The notes below the pieces were generated by a model, which had not been told where the DNA came from, made no database searches, and saw only the letters and a list, made by a program, of their open reading frames with translations. A stretch of DNA of 63,880 bases, counting the filler, from an uncultured bacterium (GTDB taxonomy: Bacteria > Auribacterota > CAZIXI01): assembly GCA_964543115.1 (NCBI GenBank). It is 7 parts of 7 records of this genome, joined end to end, with 100 filler letters (N's around TTAATTAATTAA, not from the genome) between each part and the next. Parts side by side here need not be neighbours in the genome. Positions count along the whole stretch, not along the records: positions 29,454 to 38,702 come from CAZIXI010000134.1; positions 38,803 to 47,754 come from CAZIXI010000136.1; 5 more parts are not named here. The stretch is one strand, 5' to 3'. Shown one piece after another: positions 31,158 to 40,441 of the stretch (within the stretch, counting starts at the first letter, position 1; every line of letters begins with the position of its first letter). The translations under genes were made by a program, and so were the position numbers.

Positions 31158-33815
31158 ATGTCTAGAAAATTTATTCCTCTTATCCTTATCATTGCCGCTG
31201 TTGTCGTTGCTGTTTATGCCCTCAGGAATTATTCCGTCCTAAAAAAGTTCGCCAATCCGATCGCCTATACAATGGTCGATGACACGATTTACATCGTCGA
31301 AAAAGAGAATAACACGATCTTGGAGCTGGAATATATTTCTCCCGCCCAGCCGCTCGTGGAAAAAGGCCGCTACGGAATCGAAGAGGATGACGAGGACTAC
31401 TATTACATGGTGCGCAAATTGTATCCCGGTCCCAACGGCGTCGTTGTTCAGAGCCAAGTTTATGATCGGAAGACAAAGGCCTCGGTGGGCCACAGGCTGC
31501 GGGAATACCGTTCCTTCAGCGAGGTTCCGAAAGAAATTCTCATTGTTTATTTCAAGGATCCCCTGGCTTATCCCTGGATCAGGTATGCCTGTGACGAGGA
31601 AGGCAGCCACTATGTTGTCAATGAATGCGTCGGCCAATATTATATCTGGAAAATTCCCGAGGAAGGAAATGTTACGGTGATGAAAGGCAACGTGCCCCCG
31701 GCGGTAGAAGAGCTGGGGAAGAAGAACGAAAAGCTTGCCTATTGGGGTGAGATTCATGTTGATGCCTCCGGCAATATTTTTGCCTTAGACGGACAAACCG
31801 ACCGGATCCTGCACCATTCGCCGGCCGGAGAGAGGATCAGAGAAATTGGAACAGCGGGTTTTGAAGAAGGCGGCCTGCTCGCGCCCGCGCAGGTGTTTCC
31901 TGTAAGTTTTGTTGAGGGAGAACCGGCGTTACTGACAGTTACCAGTACCGGTAATCGTACCTGGGTGCAATTCGATGAAGAAGGCAAAGTTGTTCGAATA
32001 GTTTCACCCTTAAAGGAGGGTTATAAATATTCCGATATACTGGTCGGGCGCATTTATCCGCATCAGGCCGGTAAGCGGAATATCTCATTTGATTTGGTTA
32101 ATAAAAATCTTATTGTTCATGATGGGGGTTTTTCAACAATCTCAGAATATGAAACTCCGCAGATAATAAAAACCGGTATTCTCTGCGGTCTGGCTGTTGT
32201 CCTGTTACTCTTGGCTGTGTTTTACGGTAGGCTGGTCGATTTTTTTACTAAGATAAGGTTCCCGTTCTTTCTCAAACTGTTAATCTTATTTGTACCGCTT
32301 TTTATTATTGCCGCGCTGGTGGTTGGCGACCAGGTGAAGGGGATCATGAAAGCGGACCTGGAAGCTGAATCCGTACGGCGTTCCTGCAACCTGGCCCACG
32401 CTATTGTCAACAGTATTGAGCTTAGTGATCTGGAAGCGATCCAGGATCCGGAGGACCGCAAGAGTGAGGCATATAAAAGGATCTATAATACTGTTAGTAA
32501 ACTTGTAGACACGAAACATGTATGTTATACGCCCAAGTGGATAATCCACAAGATCCGTGACGGCCGGTTTTATTTCGGCATTAACATCTGGCGGGGTCCC
32601 ATCTATGAGCCGTTTATTGTTCCCCAGGAGAGGCAGATGTTTTTTAACGTACTCAAAGAAAAAAAATCGCAATACGGCCGCTTTACTGATGAACAGGGGG
32701 AGTGGTTCAGTTTCCTCTGTCCCATTCTCGATGCTGCCGGCAACGTGATCAATGTGGTTGAGCTATACCGGCCCACGGAAGAAATGGACCGGGTGGACCG
32801 GGAAGTTGTGCTGCGGATAGCCAGGACCATCGGTATAATAATACTGTTCGTCGTGCCGCTGATCTTTCTGTTTTCCTATATGTTTACGCGGCCCCTGTAC
32901 AAGCTTATGCGGGAAAGTAAAATTATCAGTAAAGGAAACTTTGACCGGCAGATTAAAATCCATTCTCGCGACGAAGTGGGAGACCTGGCCCAGGCGTTCA
33001 ATCAGATGAGAGTGGATCTAAAAAAATATATTCATGACCTCGCGCGCACCACAGCCGAAAAAGAACGCATGCAGAGCGAATTGCGCCTGGCCCACGAAAT
33101 GCAGCAGGGGATCCTGCCCCGGGACTTTCCGCCGTTCCCTGGGGCCGAGAACGTAGAGGGTTTCGCCCGCTTGGAACCTGCTCAAGAAGTGGGAGGTGAT
33201 TATTACGATTTCTTTATGATTGATGAACATCACCTTGGTGTGGTGGTTGCCGATGTTTGTGGTCACGGTGTGCCGGCTGGCCTGTTTATGATGATTACGC
33301 GCGCGCTCCTGCGCAATAACGCCCGCGATAACCTTAGTGCCGCTGGCGCGATAAAAAAGATGAATACGCTTCTTGTTCCCGATAATCCCTCAAACCTGTT
33401 TGTTACCATGTTTTACCTTGTTTGTGATATTAGAACGGGGCAGGTAACCTTCTGCAATGCCGGTCATCATCCGCCGGTATGGGTGAGAGGCAAGAAGGCA
33501 GAAAACTTCATAGAGGAAAAAGGAAAAGGTGAAGGGACCATTGTCGGTATGTTCGACAATGCCGCGTACACAGATGCCGAGATGGTGCTTTTTCCCGGAG
33601 AATCGCTCATTCTCTATACTGATGGGATAATTGAGTGCCCGAACAAAAACAATGAGCTCTACGGCAAAGAACGGCTTGTGCGGCTGATTGAAGACAATGC
33701 CTGCCTGTCCAATAAAGAGATCTGCGGCAAGGTCTTTGCCGACCTCTCACTTTACGAGCAGGGTACGGGCCATGCTGACGATATCACCATTCTATTTTTC
33801 AAGTTTCTCGGCTAA
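31158..33815 (+). CDS. Membrane sensor PP2C phosphatase (beta-propeller-like + periplasmic sensor + HAMP + SpoIIE/RsbU)
   Basis: Four TM segments, NHL-like blades, HAMP (SRDEVGDLAQAFNQM) and PP2C motifs VGGDYYD, ADVCGHG, LYTDG and DDIT. Confidence 0.9.
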   Translation: MSRKFIPLILIIAAVVVAVYALRNYSVLKKFANPIAYTMVDDTIYIVEKENNTILELEYISPAQPLVEKGRYGIEEDDEDYYYMVRKLYPGPNGVVVQSQVYDRKTKASVGHRLREYRSFSEVPKEILIVYFKDPLAYPWIRYACDEEGSHYVVNECVGQYYIWKIPEEGNVTVMKGNVPPAVEELGKKNEKLAYWGEIHVDASGNIFALDGQTDRILHHSPAGERIREIGTAGFEEGGLLAPAQVFPVSFVEGEPALLTVTSTGNRTWVQFDEEGKVVRIVSPLKEGYKYSDILVGRIYPHQAGKRNISFDLVNKNLIVHDGGFSTISEYETPQIIKTGILCGLAVVLLLLAVFYGRLVDFFTKIRFPFFLKLLILFVPLFIIAALVVGDQVKGIMKADLEAESVRRSCNLAHAIVNSIELSDLEAIQDPEDRKSEAYKRIYNTVSKLVDTKHVCYTPKWIIHKIRDGRFYFGINIWRGPIYEPFIVPQERQMFFNVLKEKKSQYGRFTDEQGEWFSFLCPILDAAGNVINVVELYRPTEEMDRVDREVVLRIARTIGIIILFVVPLIFLFSYMFTRPLYKLMRESKIISKGNFDRQIKIHSRDEVGDLAQAFNQMRVDLKKYIHDLARTTAEKERMQSELRLAHEMQQGILPRDFPPFPGAENVEGFARLEPAQEVGGDYYDFFMIDEHHLGVVVADVCGHGVPAGLFMMITRALLRNNARDNLSAAGAIKKMNTLLVPDNPSNLFVTMFYLVCDIRTGQVTFCNAGHHPPVWVRGKKAENFIEEKGKGEGTIVGMFDNAAYTDAEMVLFPGESLILYTDGIIECPNKNNELYGKERLVRLIEDNACLSNKEICGKVFADLSLYEQGTGHADDITILFFKFLG

Positions 33816-33906
33816 AAATATTTTTGAATAAAAATTTTTAATAATATATTATAATAGAAATATAGTAACATTTTTTTTATTTTGTAAATATTTGTAAATA
33901 AAGATG

Positions 33907-34042
33907 AAAGAGTTCTGCAAAATACCTTTTTTTGTCATCCCGCGGCTTGACCGCGGGATCCAGAAAGTATTGATTGACAAGTAGTTCTGGATTCCGCGGT
34001 CAAGCCGCGGAATGACATTTTTTGCGTTTTGCAGAAGTCTTA
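33907..34042. mobile_element. MITE-like element, family A (16-bp TIRs around a GTCATCCCGCGG...AATGAC palindrome)
   Basis: TIRs AAAGAGTTCTGCAAAA / TTTTGCAGAAGTCTTA; core GTCATCCCGCGGCTTGACCGCGGGATCCAG...CTGGATTCCGCGGTCAAGCCGCGGAATGAC. A second copy lies at 59824-60013. Confidence 0.8.
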
Positions 34043-34068
34043 ATGAAGGTAAAAGAAAGGAGATTATT

Positions 34069-35997
34069 ATGCGTAAATTTATCTTATTTTTAATTGTACT
34101 AATGTTGCTAGCCTTCTCAAATGTCCTGCAGGCCGGTGATATCCCGAGAAAAATGAATTATCAGGGGTATGTGCAGGAAGACGGCTCTGCCTATACCGGT
34201 ACTGGTTATTTTCTGTTTGCGATCACCGATTCCGCCGGGACTACATACCATTGGACCAATGACGGTGACCAACCGCCGGACAGCGGTGTTTCGGTAACGG
34301 TAACCGACGGTGTATTCAGTGTGCTCCTGGGTGATACCAGCCTGACTAATATGACCACAATTGGAACCAGTGTGTTTACGGGTAATAGTTCAGCCTATCT
34401 GCGGGTCTGGTTCAGCACCGACGGCACCACATATGAAGAGATTACCCCGAAAAAAGAAATAGCCTCCGGCGCCTATGCCTATAATGCCTATAGCGCGTAT
34501 ACTGTCGAGAGTGGTGTTACCGGGCCAAGTTCATCAACAGATAACGCGGTAGTAAGGTGGGATGGAACAGGTGGAGGTACGGTACAGAGTAGTAGTGCCA
34601 CTATAACTGATGGAGGTGTATTAACAACAACAGAACTTATTGTAACAGATAGATTGGGCATTGATGATGCCAGTCCATTCAATACAACACTTGGTTATCA
34701 AGCGCTCTACGCGAAAACCAGCGGCGCAAATAATATTGCGATCGGGTATAAGGCCGGAGATAATATTACTTCAGGAGATAGTAATATTATTATCGGCAAT
34801 AACCAGGACGCCGAAGCTCCTACTACAGATAATTATCTTAATGTTGGTGGTACTCTATATGGGGACTTAAACAATGACCGTATAGGAGTTGGAACATACC
34901 CCGCCGCACATATATTACAGGTCGAAGGGGATAATGCCAATGCTTACGCGGGGCATTTCTACAATTCAGGCAATGCTGAAAATAGATATGGTCTGGCGGT
35001 TCAGTGTGGATTAGACAATAACAGTGGTACTAATGTAATGATCCAATGGAAGGATGGCGATGGAGATAATATCGGACAGATTGCCTCCAGCAGCGGAAGT
35101 TTTACTTACGAAGTGAATGCATCTATGGGGTACGCGGGGCGTTTCTTTAATGATGGTAATAATGCTGATAGATACGGCATTGCCGTCCAGTGCGGCACAT
35201 ACGACAATAGCGGCACCAATACAATGATCCAATGGATGGATGGCAACGGAACCGATATCGGACAGGTTACTTCCAGTAGCGGTACGGTTACTTACGGCGC
35301 GTTTACGGCTAATCACGATGCAGCTATTCCAGCAGACAGAAACAGCAAAGGATACGAATACGGAACAATTATGTGTCTGAAAAAAGTTACTCAAGATATA
35401 GAAACATCGCATCAGCCAAAATATTACGCGGCGCCGTCTTCGAAACAGTATGAAGATAATATATTCGGAGTCTATTGCTCCAAATACCAAGATAAAGATA
35501 ATTTGCACACAATATATGCCTTGGGTGACGGTCATGTGCTGGTGACAAGTGAGAATGGCGATGTTAAGGCCGGAGATTATATTACAAGTTCTTCCTCGCC
35601 CGGTTTGGGGATGAAGGCAACAAGGCCGGGAGCGGTTTTAGGGCTCGCCTTAGAGTCCTGGAACGCTGATCGTTCAAAAGAAATACTAGAACTGGCTGAC
35701 GGAAAAAAGGTGAAGAAAGGAATCGTGGCTGTCTCATACTATCCCGGCACTTATTATACCGGCGGTGACAATGTGTTCAGCATGGGGGAAAACGGGAAAT
35801 TAAGCGTAAAGGATAAAGACGGGAACTTGACGCAATTATCTTCACATGATGAAGGGACCGGTAAGTGGATATTTTATTCCAAGAACACGGAAACCGGCAG
35901 GGTGCTTAGGATTGAAATGGAAGAATTGATATTTGATCTCGCGGAAAAAATGTCTAAAGAGACAGGAAAGAAATATATTTCTGAATATATAGAATAA
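34069..35997 (+). CDS. Secreted tail-fibre-like protein with a C-terminal intramolecular chaperone (peptidase G2/S74-like) region
   Basis: Signal peptide, MNYQG N-domain, GPSSSTDNAVVRWDG, N.A.GY.A beta-helix repeats, 62-aa tandem duplication and GDVKAGDYITSS...GMKAT. The start at 34069 follows SD AAGGAG. Confidence 0.72.
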   Translation: MRKFILFLIVLMLLAFSNVLQAGDIPRKMNYQGYVQEDGSAYTGTGYFLFAITDSAGTTYHWTNDGDQPPDSGVSVTVTDGVFSVLLGDTSLTNMTTIGTSVFTGNSSAYLRVWFSTDGTTYEEITPKKEIASGAYAYNAYSAYTVESGVTGPSSSTDNAVVRWDGTGGGTVQSSSATITDGGVLTTTELIVTDRLGIDDASPFNTTLGYQALYAKTSGANNIAIGYKAGDNITSGDSNIIIGNNQDAEAPTTDNYLNVGGTLYGDLNNDRIGVGTYPAAHILQVEGDNANAYAGHFYNSGNAENRYGLAVQCGLDNNSGTNVMIQWKDGDGDNIGQIASSSGSFTYEVNASMGYAGRFFNDGNNADRYGIAVQCGTYDNSGTNTMIQWMDGNGTDIGQVTSSSGTVTYGAFTANHDAAIPADRNSKGYEYGTIMCLKKVTQDIETSHQPKYYAAPSSKQYEDNIFGVYCSKYQDKDNLHTIYALGDGHVLVTSENGDVKAGDYITSSSSPGLGMKATRPGAVLGLALESWNADRSKEILELADGKKVKKGIVAVSYYPGTYYTGGDNVFSMGENGKLSVKDKDGNLTQLSSHDEGTGKWIFYSKNTETGRVLRIEMEELIFDLAEKMSKETGKKYISEYIE

Positions 35998-36030
35998 CTT
36001 TTTTTAAAATTATATAACTGGAATAATATT

Positions 36031-37578
36031 ATGACTTACAAATTATTTTCATTTATTTTATTGCTAATTATTTTCCCCCTCCAATGCCAGGTCTTTGCCA
36101 CGATAACAATTACCAATGACGCTTTTAGCGGCGCCGGTTCAGCCTCCGGCAGTTCCGATTCGTTTGCCATGTATGATGCCGCGGCGCTTGATACAACTAC
36201 CGTTGGGGCAAGGACTTCCAGTAGCTATAGTGGGATCGATGGTTTCTATGGTTATCTTCAGGATGCCGGTGTTACGTATACTAACTGGTATTTTGCCGAA
36301 GGGTCAACCGCCGGCAGTTTTGATCAATGGCTGCTTGTTTTAAATCCCAGCAGTAGTGAGGTTACGGTGACCCCGACATTTTACTATAGTGACAGTGCAA
36401 CAGAAACCGGTGACGCGCTCAGTGTTCCCGCCCAGAGCAGATATTCTTTGCACATAAATGATCTCATTAACAGCAGCAGCGCCTTATCAGCGAAATTAGC
36501 CGTAACCGGTAGTTCCAATATCTATACGGCACGGTCCATGTACTGGGATGTGTCCGGTAGTGTCTGGGCCGGCGGCCATGGTAGTATTGGCATAAATGAA
36601 ACCGCCGCTACCTGGTATTTTGCCGAAGGGTGTACCGCCGCTAATTTTGATGAATGGATATTGATTTTTAATCCTAACGAGAGTGCTGCGGAGGTGACCC
36701 TTAGTTTAATGACAGAAACCGGCCTTAATAGCACACATACGGTATCTGTTCCGGCAACCAGCAGGGTCACGGTGCATATAACTGACCTGATTACGGATGG
36801 TGATGTTGCGGCTAAATTGGAAAGCAGTGGTAATGTGGGTATAGTTGCCGAACGCACCATCTATCATAATTCCGCTGGTTATTCCTGGCTTGCCGGCCAT
36901 TGCACTCGCGGGGCCACTGCTACAAGTACCACCTGGTATTTTGCCGAAGGGCGCGCCACGGAAGATTTTGCGGAATACATATTATTATTGAATCCGGACG
37001 GTAACAGCGCGGCAACGGTGCAGATGACCTTTGTTAAAAGTGACGATACGACAATCGCGGCCACTGTCAGCGTCCCGGCGCAGAGCCGAAAGACGATAAA
37101 TGTAAATAATATCGTAACCGACAGCGAACTAGCGGCAAAAATCGAGAGTACCAACGGGGTGGGTATTGTCGCTGAACGGGCAATGTACTGGAATTCCGGT
37201 ATTATTGAATGGGCCGGCAGCCACTGCAGCTTGGGAGCGGCGGCGACGAGCAATGTCTGGTATTTTGCCGAAGGCTCTACGAGCGGGAGCTTTTCCGAAT
37301 GGCTGATATTGTATAATCCTGACAGTAGCAATACGGCGGAGGTTACCGTTACCTTTATGTTGACTGACGGCACCAACGAGATTTATGAGACAACCATTCT
37401 TGCGGAAAGCAGGGTGGCCATAGACGTGGATACTGTGGTAAATGATGCGTCTTTTTCCATTAAGGTAGAAAGCACCAATAGCGTGAGTATAGTGGCCGAG
37501 CAGTCGCGGTACTGGAACAGCGGTGGCCTGGATTGGGCCGCGGGCAGCTGCACTAAAGGTATAAATGTGCAAGAATAG
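36031..37578 (+). CDS. Secreted protein with four ~108-aa WYFAEG (DUF5719-like) repeats
   Basis: WYFAEG at 36286, 36613, 36934 and 37258, each followed by F..W.L..NP and ending VAER.MYW; signal peptide present. Confidence 0.82.
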   Translation: MTYKLFSFILLLIIFPLQCQVFATITITNDAFSGAGSASGSSDSFAMYDAAALDTTTVGARTSSSYSGIDGFYGYLQDAGVTYTNWYFAEGSTAGSFDQWLLVLNPSSSEVTVTPTFYYSDSATETGDALSVPAQSRYSLHINDLINSSSALSAKLAVTGSSNIYTARSMYWDVSGSVWAGGHGSIGINETAATWYFAEGCTAANFDEWILIFNPNESAAEVTLSLMTETGLNSTHTVSVPATSRVTVHITDLITDGDVAAKLESSGNVGIVAERTIYHNSAGYSWLAGHCTRGATATSTTWYFAEGRATEDFAEYILLLNPDGNSAATVQMTFVKSDDTTIAATVSVPAQSRKTINVNNIVTDSELAAKIESTNGVGIVAERAMYWNSGIIEWAGSHCSLGAAATSNVWYFAEGSTSGSFSEWLILYNPDSSNTAEVTVTFMLTDGTNEIYETTILAESRVAIDVDTVVNDASFSIKVESTNSVSIVAEQSRYWNSGGLDWAAGSCTKGINVQE

Positions 37579-37685
37579 CAGTCTATAAACATTCGCATAA
37601 TAGTAGCCCCCGACGCGTCGGGCGCAGCCCCAAGCGAAGCTAGCGGCCAAAGCTGGGCGCGGATTGTGCCGACGATACTACTATT
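37576..37685. repeat. Composite palindromic element related to family B, starting at the stop codon
   Basis: TAGCAGTCTATAAA..., CCCGACGCGTCGGG, GCAGCCCCAAGCGAAGC, and outer arms AATAGTAG / CTACTATT. Confidence 0.6.
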
Positions 37686-37764
37686 TTGTTTTTGAATTTC
37701 TAGAGTAACGGATGTGTAAAGTGAATCAAAAAATGATCATAACTAAATTCAAGGGAGTGGCTGA

Positions 37765-38034
37765 ATGAATCCGGATATTTTTGAAGCGATAATGCTTGTT
37801 TGTTTTGGCTGTGCCTGGCCGTTATCAATTTATAAAACATGGAAGCACAAAAATTCCAGCGGTAAAAGTTTATTTTTTCTGATAGTTATCATAATTGGGT
37901 ATATGGCGGGGGTTATTTTTGAAATACTGAGCGGTCTTAATAAGGTTATTTATTTATATTTATTAAATATTAGTATGGTAACGACAGATCTGGTTCTGTC
38001 CATTAAATACATGAGGCCAGGCCAAGCAAAATAG
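37765..38034 (+). CDS. Small three-TM PQ-loop/SemiSWEET-like membrane protein
   Basis: EAIMLVCFGCAWP.SI.K...K.S.GKS pattern, 89 aa. Confidence 0.7.
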   Translation: MNPDIFEAIMLVCFGCAWPLSIYKTWKHKNSSGKSLFFLIVIIIGYMAGVIFEILSGLNKVIYLYLLNISMVTTDLVLSIKYMRPGQAK

Positions 38035-38062
38035 GGGGACAACCAAAATAGGGTCAGGTCAC
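38032..38062. repeat. GGGGACA / GGGTCAGGTC-type REP-like sequence, family D
   Basis: GGGGACAACCAAAA matches the reverse complement of TTTTGGGTTGTCCC at about 48687-48700. Confidence 0.4.
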
Positions 38063-38294
38063 ACGCTCATATTTAAAATAGAAAATATAAATGCTTTAAC
38101 AAAACAATATCATTAAATTAATTAAATTTATGACTTTAGTTCTTTACGTAAGTGATTTATTCTGTTATAATTACTACACTTTATATTACTGTTAATATAT
38201 GTTCAATAAAATTGTGGCGGATATTTTGAGCTAGTGGTGTGGGTTTGCAAGAATAGCAAGCCCTGAAGCCTATGCCCATTCCAGAGGAGGAACA

Positions 38295-38702
38295 ATGAGA
38301 AGATATTTCTGTCTCTTTTTTATTCTTTTTGCGGTTTTTTTTATCGGCCATTGTTGTTTTGCTGCTACGCTTTTAAACGATCTTGTTCATTCGGGCGGTG
38401 TAGCGGGAGAAACCGCTGCCGGATATACCGTGAGTGATGTTATCGGTTCTTATTATACGGCGGGCGAAGCAAGCGCAAGCGGTTATGAAGAGGTTCCGGA
38501 TATTATCGGTATTCAGCAATATGCTGAAATAAAATTTCTGAACTGGTATTTAGCGGAAGGATGTACGAATAGATTTGATGAATGGTTATGTATACAGAAT
38601 CCGAACAGTGAGGATGCTTCCTGCACCATTACGTTCATGGATGCTGACGGAAACACGGAAACCTTAACCGAGCAGACGGTATCCGCCACCAGCCGCCGTA
38701 CG
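38295..38702 (+). CDS. Second secreted DUF5719-like repeat protein, 3' truncated
   Basis: Signal peptide, Gly/Ser-rich N-module and WYLAEGCTNRFDEWLCIQNP. Confidence 0.78.
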
Positions 38703-38802
38703 NNNNNNNNNNNNNNNNNNNNNNNNNNNNNNNNNNNNNNNNNNNNTTAATTAATTAANNNNNNNNNNNNNNNNNNNNNNNNNNNNNNNNNNNNNNNNNN
38801 NN
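38703..38802. other. Artificial contig linker
   Basis: N44-TTAATTAATTAA-N44. Confidence 0.98.
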
Positions 38803-40343
38803 TGCTTCTTCTTGTTGACGCTTTTGAAGGGCCCATGCCGCAGACTAAATTTGTTTTAAAGAAGTCACTGGAATTGCATTTAAAACCAATACTTGTAATA
38901 AACAAGATCGACCGTCCCCATGCCCGTCCGGATGAAGTGGCGGATATGACGTTTGATCTTTTCTGTGAGCTGAACGCTTCCGATGAACAGCTTGATTTCC
39001 CAATCGTTTACGCTTCGGGAAAGGAGGGTTACGCGGCTCTTGACCTTGATGAACCGAGAGACTCTATGAAACCTCTTTTAGAGACTATCCTGCATCGGGT
39101 TTTGCCGCCGGTGGCCAATCCCGATCTGCCTTTTCAAATGCTGGTGACAATGCTTGATTATGATTCTTATGTCGGGCAAATCGCTATCGGGCGGGTTTTT
39201 CACGGATCTGTCAGCGTCGGAGATCCGTTGGCGCTTGTGAAACGCGACGGCACCGTCACCAAGGGCAAGGCAACGAAGATCATGAAGTATCGCGGCCTAA
39301 TCCGGATTGAGGCAGATAAAGCCACCGCGGGAGATATTGTATCGATCTCCGGAATAGAGGGCGTAGAGGTCGGGGAAACACTTGCCTGCGTTGATGAGCC
39401 GAAAGGATTGCCCGCTATTAAGATAGACGAGCCAACAATCTCTATGAACTTTTCTCATAATACCAGCCCGCTCGCCGGCAGATCCGGAGGCAGATTTTTA
39501 ACGTCGCGCCACATACGCGAGCGGCTTTTGCATGAGGCGATGATCAATGTGGGCATTAAAGTGGATGAGGTCGCGGGAACCGAACGGCTGAAGGTCTCCG
39601 GCCGCGGTGAACTGCATCTTGCTATCCTGATCGAGACAATGCGCCGGGAAGGGTATGAAATGGAAGTATCCATCCCGCGGGTCATTCTGAAAAAAATGGG
39701 CGGGAAAACGCTTGAGCCCGTGGAAGAGGTGGTCATCGAAGTGGAAAATGAATATCAGGGCGCTGTTATGCAGGCGCTGGGAACACGCAAGGCGCAAATG
39801 CGCGAGCTGAAGGCTACATCTTCCGGCACTATCCGGATGGAATTCGTTATTGCCTCAAGGGCACTGATCGGGTTTAGAAGTGAATTTCTTATGATGACCA
39901 GGGGCAGCGGCATCATGTACCAGAATTTCCTTGAATATCAGACCTATAAAGGAGATTTACCCGCCCGTCAAAGCGGCGTTCTTATCGCGCACGAACCCGG
40001 CAGCGCGGTGGCCTACGCGCTTTTTAATTTGCAGGCACGCGGCGAGATTTTTATTTCACCGGGAGACATGCTCTACGAGGGAATGATCATCGGCGTAAAC
40101 AACAAGGGATCCGATCTTGTTGTAAACGCTTTACGGGGAAAAAAGTTGACCAATCTGCGCGCTTCCGGCAGTGACGAGGCGATCACCCTTATACCCCCGC
40201 GGCAAATAACCCTGGAGTTCGCTCTTGAGTTTATTGAAGATGATGAACTGGTTGAGGTAACCCCCAGGCATATAAGGCTCCGAAAACTGCATTTAACGGA
40301 AAACGAACGCAAACGAATGAGCCGGAGTGAAAAAGCAAGATAG
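38803..40343 (+). CDS. typA: Translational GTPase TypA/BipA, 5' truncated
   Basis: LLVDAFEGPMPQT, NKID, GRGELHL and KKLTNLRASGSDE motifs. Confidence 0.97.
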
Positions 40344-40441
40344 TTTCAGCGGAAAACAAAGACTTGGCAATTTCAGAATAAAACATGTTTTGCCATAATA
40401 CTGTTCGCGATTTTCCCGATCGCGGGACGGGCCCAAACCAG

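Noticed and set aside
34012..34068. N-terminal extensions in the ORF track for the fibre gene (also serA, the PP2C gene and the adhesin)
   Set aside because: They arise from upstream repeats or intergenic DNA; SD-supported or signal-peptide-consistent starts lie downstream.
34945..35298. Tandem 186-nt repeat in the fibre gene as a diversity-generating retroelement TR/VR pair
   Set aside because: Differences are spread over all bases and mostly synonymous rather than adenine-specific, both copies are in frame, and no reverse transcriptase is present.
36286..37578. Regular repeats as a CRISPR array
   Set aside because: The period is about 324 nt, they are protein-level repeats within an ORF, and no cas genes are present. 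No CRISPR array was seen anywhere in the window.
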